Part shown: positions 59,797 to 64,000 of the stretch, piece after piece
Layout: the number at the start of each line of letters is the position of its first letter
How positions within the stretch are numbered: position 1 is the stretch's first letter
Assembly (NCBI GenBank): GCA_964392095.1
Contig: CAYMOF010000001.1
Span: 12,401 to 76,400 of the forward strand
Direction of reading: 5' to 3'
Length of the DNA: 64,000 nucleotides
Source of the DNA: an uncultured Candidatus Saccharibacteria bacterium
GTDB taxonomy: Bacteria > Patescibacteriota > Andersenbacteria > UBA10190
Notes under the pieces: generated by a model
The model's database searches: none
Seen by the model: only the letters and a program-made list of their open reading frames with translations
What the model was told of the DNA's origin: nothing
Translations under genes and position numbers: made by a program

Positions 59797-62004
59797 TTAA
59801 TAAAACACTCTCTTTCCAGCCCCTACCCTTTTTCTAACCATCTCCTGAATCTCCCTCCGCATAAACCAGTCCGGCAGATCCCTGCCTTCCTGAAAAGCCT
59901 TGCGGGCCTGGGTACCGCTAATCATCTCCACTGTGCCCGCTTCACTCAAACTCACATAAGTTTTCCTTTTAGGATTAAAACCAACCGCCTCAAAGAATAC
60001 CGGCTCAACACCAATATCCCCAACCTTTTCAAATATTTCCTTTGTTTCTCTGGGCTTATAAAAATCTCCTACTCCAGTATGGTCGCGCCCGACAATAAAA
60101 TGGCTACACCCCATATTTTTCCTGCATAAGGCAGTAAATACTGCCTCCCTGGGGCCGGCGTATCTTGAATAAGTGGAAAAGCTTCCTAAAACAGCCCTGC
60201 CTTTAGGATAAGCTCCGTTTTTAATAGCCAGTTCATAGCTTCTCATTATCGGCCCCGTTAACCAGTCACCGCTTTTCTTAGGGCCTATCACCGGGCTCAA
60301 AAATAACCCGCTTGCTCCCGTCCTTTTAAGGGCCGTCAACTGCAAATACTCGTGCGCTCTATGCACCACATTTCTTGTATGAAAACCCACCACTTTACGC
60401 CACCCCTTATGGGTAAATATTTGCCGCGTCTGATGCGGATCCAGCTCATATTTCCGCCAAACAGAATCCCCTTTTTCTATCAATTCCACCTCTCCCGCTA
60501 TAAACATCTCCCCCGATTCCATAAACCTTCTCACTCCCGGATGATCCCGAGACGTTGTCTTAAACCACAGCCTGGCCGCTTCTTCCCGATCACATTCATA
60601 AACTTCGCTAACTTTCAATAAACTATGCTTTTTGCCCTTGCCATCTTTTAGAACAACTCTCATGCCCGGTTTAATTTTTTCAGCTCTTCTTCTATCTACC
60701 TGCAATATAACCGGCATAGTCCAAACGCACCCGTTCAGCAATTTCATATCATATAAAACACTAAACAGCTCGTCTTTAGTCATAAATCCAGAAACCGGTG
60801 AAAATGTGCCTAGAGCGATCTGCTCACAATCCATCAGGTCGGTATCCTCCACTGTCAAGCTCATCAAATCATCTAAATCTTCCTTTGAACCGCTATACAA
60901 ATTTTTCAAAAGTTTTCCCCCGTGAGGCTCCACCAGCATAGACACCGAAGTGGACACTATGAAGCTTTTCGTTTCTCCGACCTCCCTTTCATATTGCTTC
61001 ATTAATCTTATTATCATTTCCGCGCAAGCTACCGGATATCTGCCCACCGCCGTCTCAGCCGCTAACACCAAACCGTCAGCCCCGTCCGCTAAAGTGTTGT
61101 AAATATCATTAACTTCCGCCCTGGTAGGAACAGGCGCTTCCACCATAGATTCCAACAGATTAGTGGCCACGTAAACGCGCCTGTCCAGATTATGACACTC
61201 AGCAATTATTTTTTTCTGCAAACGAGGAAGCAGCTCTATTGAAGCCTCCCGCGACAAATCGCCTCGATCAATCAAGATATCGTTCGCGCTTGCGGCAATC
61301 TGCTTCAAATTTAACAACCCTTCTTCACATTCAATTTTCGCCGTAACCTTAAACCCTTCCCCAACAATTTCTCTCACCTCTTGTATATCTTCAACGCGAT
61401 GAGCAAAAGATAACGCCACGTTGCTTATCCCCAAACCTTTAACCTGCTTCAAAGCCTCTCTGTCTTTATCTGTTAAAGGAGATAACCTTATTTTTCTATC
61501 AACAGAAAGAGCTTTGTTCTGCTCAATTATCCCTTCTTCCAAAACCTTTAAAATCACTTTTTTCTCGTCTTTTACAATAACCCGCAACAAAACTTTTCTA
61601 TAATCAACGGTCACCAGATCCCCAACCCGCAAGCTTCTGCCTACTTCTTCTGGGTAAAAACTGAAATTAGGCCCCGCGGCTATCGCGTTACCCCCACCTT
61701 CTTTTAGATAAACCGTTAACTCCTCCTCCTCTTCCACCCAAATTTTTCTTCCTCCCTGATATCCCGTCCTGGGCTGGGCTCCTTCCGTATCAATACATAT
61801 CGGAACCGCGCTGTGTCTTCTAACCAGCCCCACCAAATTACCTAAATCATAAACATCCGTATGAGACATGTTGATTCTGAACAAATTAACCCCCAGATCC
61901 GTTAAGCTCCTTATTACCTCCGCGTTCATTGACGCCGGTCCCAAGGTGCACCAAACTTCTTTTCCCTTATTAAATTTGGATATTTCTGACATAAACTTCG
62001 TCAA
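59797..62004 (-). CDS. Pyruvate kinase barrel - ATP sulfurylase (sulfate adenylyltransferase) fusion
   Basis: PK: CTLGPAS, RINMSH, AKIE, RGDL, ATNLLESM, PTRAE, ETAVG.YP. ATPS: PHGGKL, FSPVSGFM, WTMPVIL, HTRNVVHRAHE, RYAGPREA, GRDHTG, ISGT. Confidence 0.92.
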   Translation of the reverse strand: MTKFMSEISKFNKGKEVWCTLGPASMNAEVIRSLTDLGVNLFRINMSHTDVYDLGNLVGLVRRHSAVPICIDTEGAQPRTGYQGGRKIWVEEEEELTVYLKEGGGNAIAAGPNFSFYPEEVGRSLRVGDLVTVDYRKVLLRVIVKDEKKVILKVLEEGIIEQNKALSVDRKIRLSPLTDKDREALKQVKGLGISNVALSFAHRVEDIQEVREIVGEGFKVTAKIECEEGLLNLKQIAASANDILIDRGDLSREASIELLPRLQKKIIAECHNLDRRVYVATNLLESMVEAPVPTRAEVNDIYNTLADGADGLVLAAETAVGRYPVACAEMIIRLMKQYEREVGETKSFIVSTSVSMLVEPHGGKLLKNLYSGSKEDLDDLMSLTVEDTDLMDCEQIALGTFSPVSGFMTKDELFSVLYDMKLLNGCVWTMPVILQVDRRRAEKIKPGMRVVLKDGKGKKHSLLKVSEVYECDREEAARLWFKTTSRDHPGVRRFMESGEMFIAGEVELIEKGDSVWRKYELDPHQTRQIFTHKGWRKVVGFHTRNVVHRAHEYLQLTALKRTGASGLFLSPVIGPKKSGDWLTGPIMRSYELAIKNGAYPKGRAVLGSFSTYSRYAGPREAVFTALCRKNMGCSHFIVGRDHTGVGDFYKPRETKEIFEKVGDIGVEPVFFEAVGFNPKRKTYVSLSEAGTVEMISGTQARKAFQEGRDLPDWFMRREIQEMVRKRVGAGKRVFY

Positions 62005-62069
62005 TTAACTACCTCTGCTTTCTAAGCATACTTTCCATGAAAACCAAATACAAACACTATTAAAACACA

Positions 62070-63860
62070 TTATCCGCCTTGCGCAGCCAGCAATCTCGCG
62101 TAGAGACCTCCTTTTTGTTTCAATTTCTCGTGAGCCCCTTCTTCCGTTATTTGGCCCCTGTCTAACACGACAATTCTGTCCGCGTCGGCTATGGTCGATA
62201 AACGGTGAGCAATAACCACACTCGTCCGCCCCGCCCCCACCCTGTCTAAAGCTTCCTGCACCAAATTCTCCGACTCGCTATCCAAAGCCGAAGTTGCCTC
62301 GTCTAGAATCAATATTTCCGGATTCCGCAAAACCGCCCTGGCAATAGCTATACGCTGTCTCTGTCCGCCCGACAGTCTTATACCCCTATCCCCCAGCATA
62401 GTATTATACCCCCCCTTAAAACTGGTGATAAATTCATGAGCGTTAGCTAATTTTGCCGCTCTTTTTATATCAGCAAACGTCGCTTTCTCATCCGCGAAAC
62501 CTATATTAGCCTTTATCGTGTCGTTAAACATAAACGTATCTTGCGTCACCACCCCAATATGCTCCCGCCAAGACTCGATTCTATAATCTCTCAAGTCCGT
62601 GCCATCAACCACAATCCTTCCCTCCTGCGGATCAAAAAACCTAAGCAGTAATCCAGCCACGGTAGATTTCCCCCCCCCTGAAGGCCCAACAATAGCCACC
62701 TTCTTTCCTTTTCTAACAACAAAAGACACGTTTCTTAAAGCATAATGATCGTCCTCACTATATGTAAAACCAATCTTTTTAAAAACGATCTCTTTTGCTA
62801 AACCGTTATAACTCTTCTCCCCATCCGGCAAATAAACCTTATTGCTTTTATTCAAAAACTCATCCAGTCCCTTAAGAGCCGGCAACACACCGGCTATACT
62901 CGCCCGCCCCTGGTTAATCATGGCTACCGGCACTATTAGCCTGAACAGAATAATCACAAAAGTTAAAAGCGCTTCCATCCACTTGTTAAGATCTCCGGCT
63001 AACAAAAAAGAGGCCACTATTAATATCAAAGCCAGCGACGTTACGCTTGTCATTTCAAACATTGGTAAAACCGATGCGTTGGCCCGCGCCCCCATGTAAG
63101 TGGCGTCAGCATTTTTGTCTATCGCCTTATACACCTCTCTTCTCACTAACTTTTCCCTGTTAAACGCTTTTATCACTCTCATTCCGCCAATAGCCGACAA
63201 TATCAGGTCATTAAGTTTTTTCATAGCTTCGTTCCCCAGTTTATTGGCCATCTCCGCTCTTTTCATTGCCCCCCTTAATGTCAGTGACGACAAAAATACC
63301 AGCACCAGCGAAACTATAGTTAATTGCCAGGATATAACAAACAGCATCATCAAAAGCACCAGTATTGTGAATAATTTCGGTATCATCGGCCCCACCGCAT
63401 TAACCAGAGTGCCCATCCAACTAGTGTAATAGGACGCGATAGTAAACAAATCTGAGCCTCTTTGCTTTTCCAGATAACCGGTGCTTACCTGCAACAACTG
63501 CGTAAAGCAGAATCGCCGAAACCTGCTCACGGTATTAGCCACTAAGCGAGCGGTAACTTTAGCGTTAAAGTAATAAACCGCCCCCTTTAACGTCGTTAAA
63601 ACCAAAAGCAGTACGGCCACCCGGCGGATACGATCCACGGCGCCTACGTCTGCAAACCAGCGCGCGAAAACATTCAGCGCCGCGGGCAGAGCGCTAACTT
63701 CACTGCCGCTCACGCCCTGAAGCAACGGAACCACCAGTGTCATTGTCAGTCCTTCCAACACCGACACCGCGACTCCTGATACCGCTAAACCGGCTACCAG
63801 CCAGGGAAACAATTTATACAGCCTGTATCCTCTTTTTATTAAATCAATATAAACCCGCAT
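62070..63860 (-). CDS. ABC exporter, permease plus ATPase (MsbA/PglK/Wzk-like)
   Basis: Likely start ATG 63860; 6 TM, GPSGGGKST, LSGGQRQR, ILILDEATSALD, AHRLST. Confidence 0.93.
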   Translation of the reverse strand: MRVYIDLIKRGYRLYKLFPWLVAGLAVSGVAVSVLEGLTMTLVVPLLQGVSGSEVSALPAALNVFARWFADVGAVDRIRRVAVLLLVLTTLKGAVYYFNAKVTARLVANTVSRFRRFCFTQLLQVSTGYLEKQRGSDLFTIASYYTSWMGTLVNAVGPMIPKLFTILVLLMMLFVISWQLTIVSLVLVFLSSLTLRGAMKRAEMANKLGNEAMKKLNDLILSAIGGMRVIKAFNREKLVRREVYKAIDKNADATYMGARANASVLPMFEMTSVTSLALILIVASFLLAGDLNKWMEALLTFVIILFRLIVPVAMINQGRASIAGVLPALKGLDEFLNKSNKVYLPDGEKSYNGLAKEIVFKKIGFTYSEDDHYALRNVSFVVRKGKKVAIVGPSGGGKSTVAGLLLRFFDPQEGRIVVDGTDLRDYRIESWREHIGVVTQDTFMFNDTIKANIGFADEKATFADIKRAAKLANAHEFITSFKGGYNTMLGDRGIRLSGGQRQRIAIARAVLRNPEILILDEATSALDSESENLVQEALDRVGAGRTSVVIAHRLSTIADADRIVVLDRGQITEEGAHEKLKQKGGLYARLLAAQGG

Positions 63861-63899
63861 AGCTAAATGGTACTTTATAACCACCGGCCAACACAAAAC

Positions 63900-63920
63900 T
63901 CCCGAAGGGATCCTTTGGGA
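63900..63920. repeat. Short hairpin (REP-like)
   Basis: TCCCGAAGG-GAT-CCTTTGGGA, 9-bp stem with one G.U pair. Confidence 0.45.
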
Positions 63921-64000
63921 ACAGATTTGTATTTCCTTATCCTCCCGCCTACTTTGATATATATGCCTGAAAACCCCAAAAGAACGCCTGTTGATGTTGC

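Noticed and set aside
59797-62004. Dissimilatory or assimilatory sulfate reduction
   Set aside because: No apr, dsr, cysH or cysIJ genes in the window; context is glycan modification
1-64000. CRISPR arrays, transposases, integrases, prophage or defence genes
   Set aside because: No regularly spaced repeats or matching motifs seen by eye; short degenerate repeats could have been missed

Overview
A 64-kb stretch of a low-GC bacterial genome, almost entirely a cell-surface glycan biosynthesis and modification region of about 55 genes. Few Shine-Dalgarno motifs, tightly packed genes, strong C>G skew and an archaeal-like glycosylation set suggest Patescibacteria/CPR (inference). It encodes about a dozen GT4 and other GT-B enzymes, several GT2 enzymes (four polyprenol-phosphate sugar synthase-like), two GT9, six or seven large GT-C-like membrane proteins, three MOP flippases, an ABC exporter and six SAM methyltransferase-like proteins. 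Two modules stand out. (1) A minus-strand cluster (52.4-63.9 kb) built around a pyruvate kinase-ATP sulfurylase fusion with altered active-site motifs, a Thr-nucleophile sulfatase-like protein, two LicD transferases and a sulfotransferase. (2) A three-gene unit (17.5-20.3 kb) of a RimK-type ATP-grasp ligase, a deacetylase and a stand-alone cyanophycin-synthetase M-domain ligase. Also seen: a 134-bp TA-flanked inverted-repeat element, three frameshifted or split genes, an unannotated SGNH remnant, a His-type (ColD-like) PLP enzyme, an orphan pseudo-receiver and recurrent leaderless-type promoters. No rRNA, tRNA, CRISPR array or transposase was recognised. All family calls come from motif reading by eye, with no database search.
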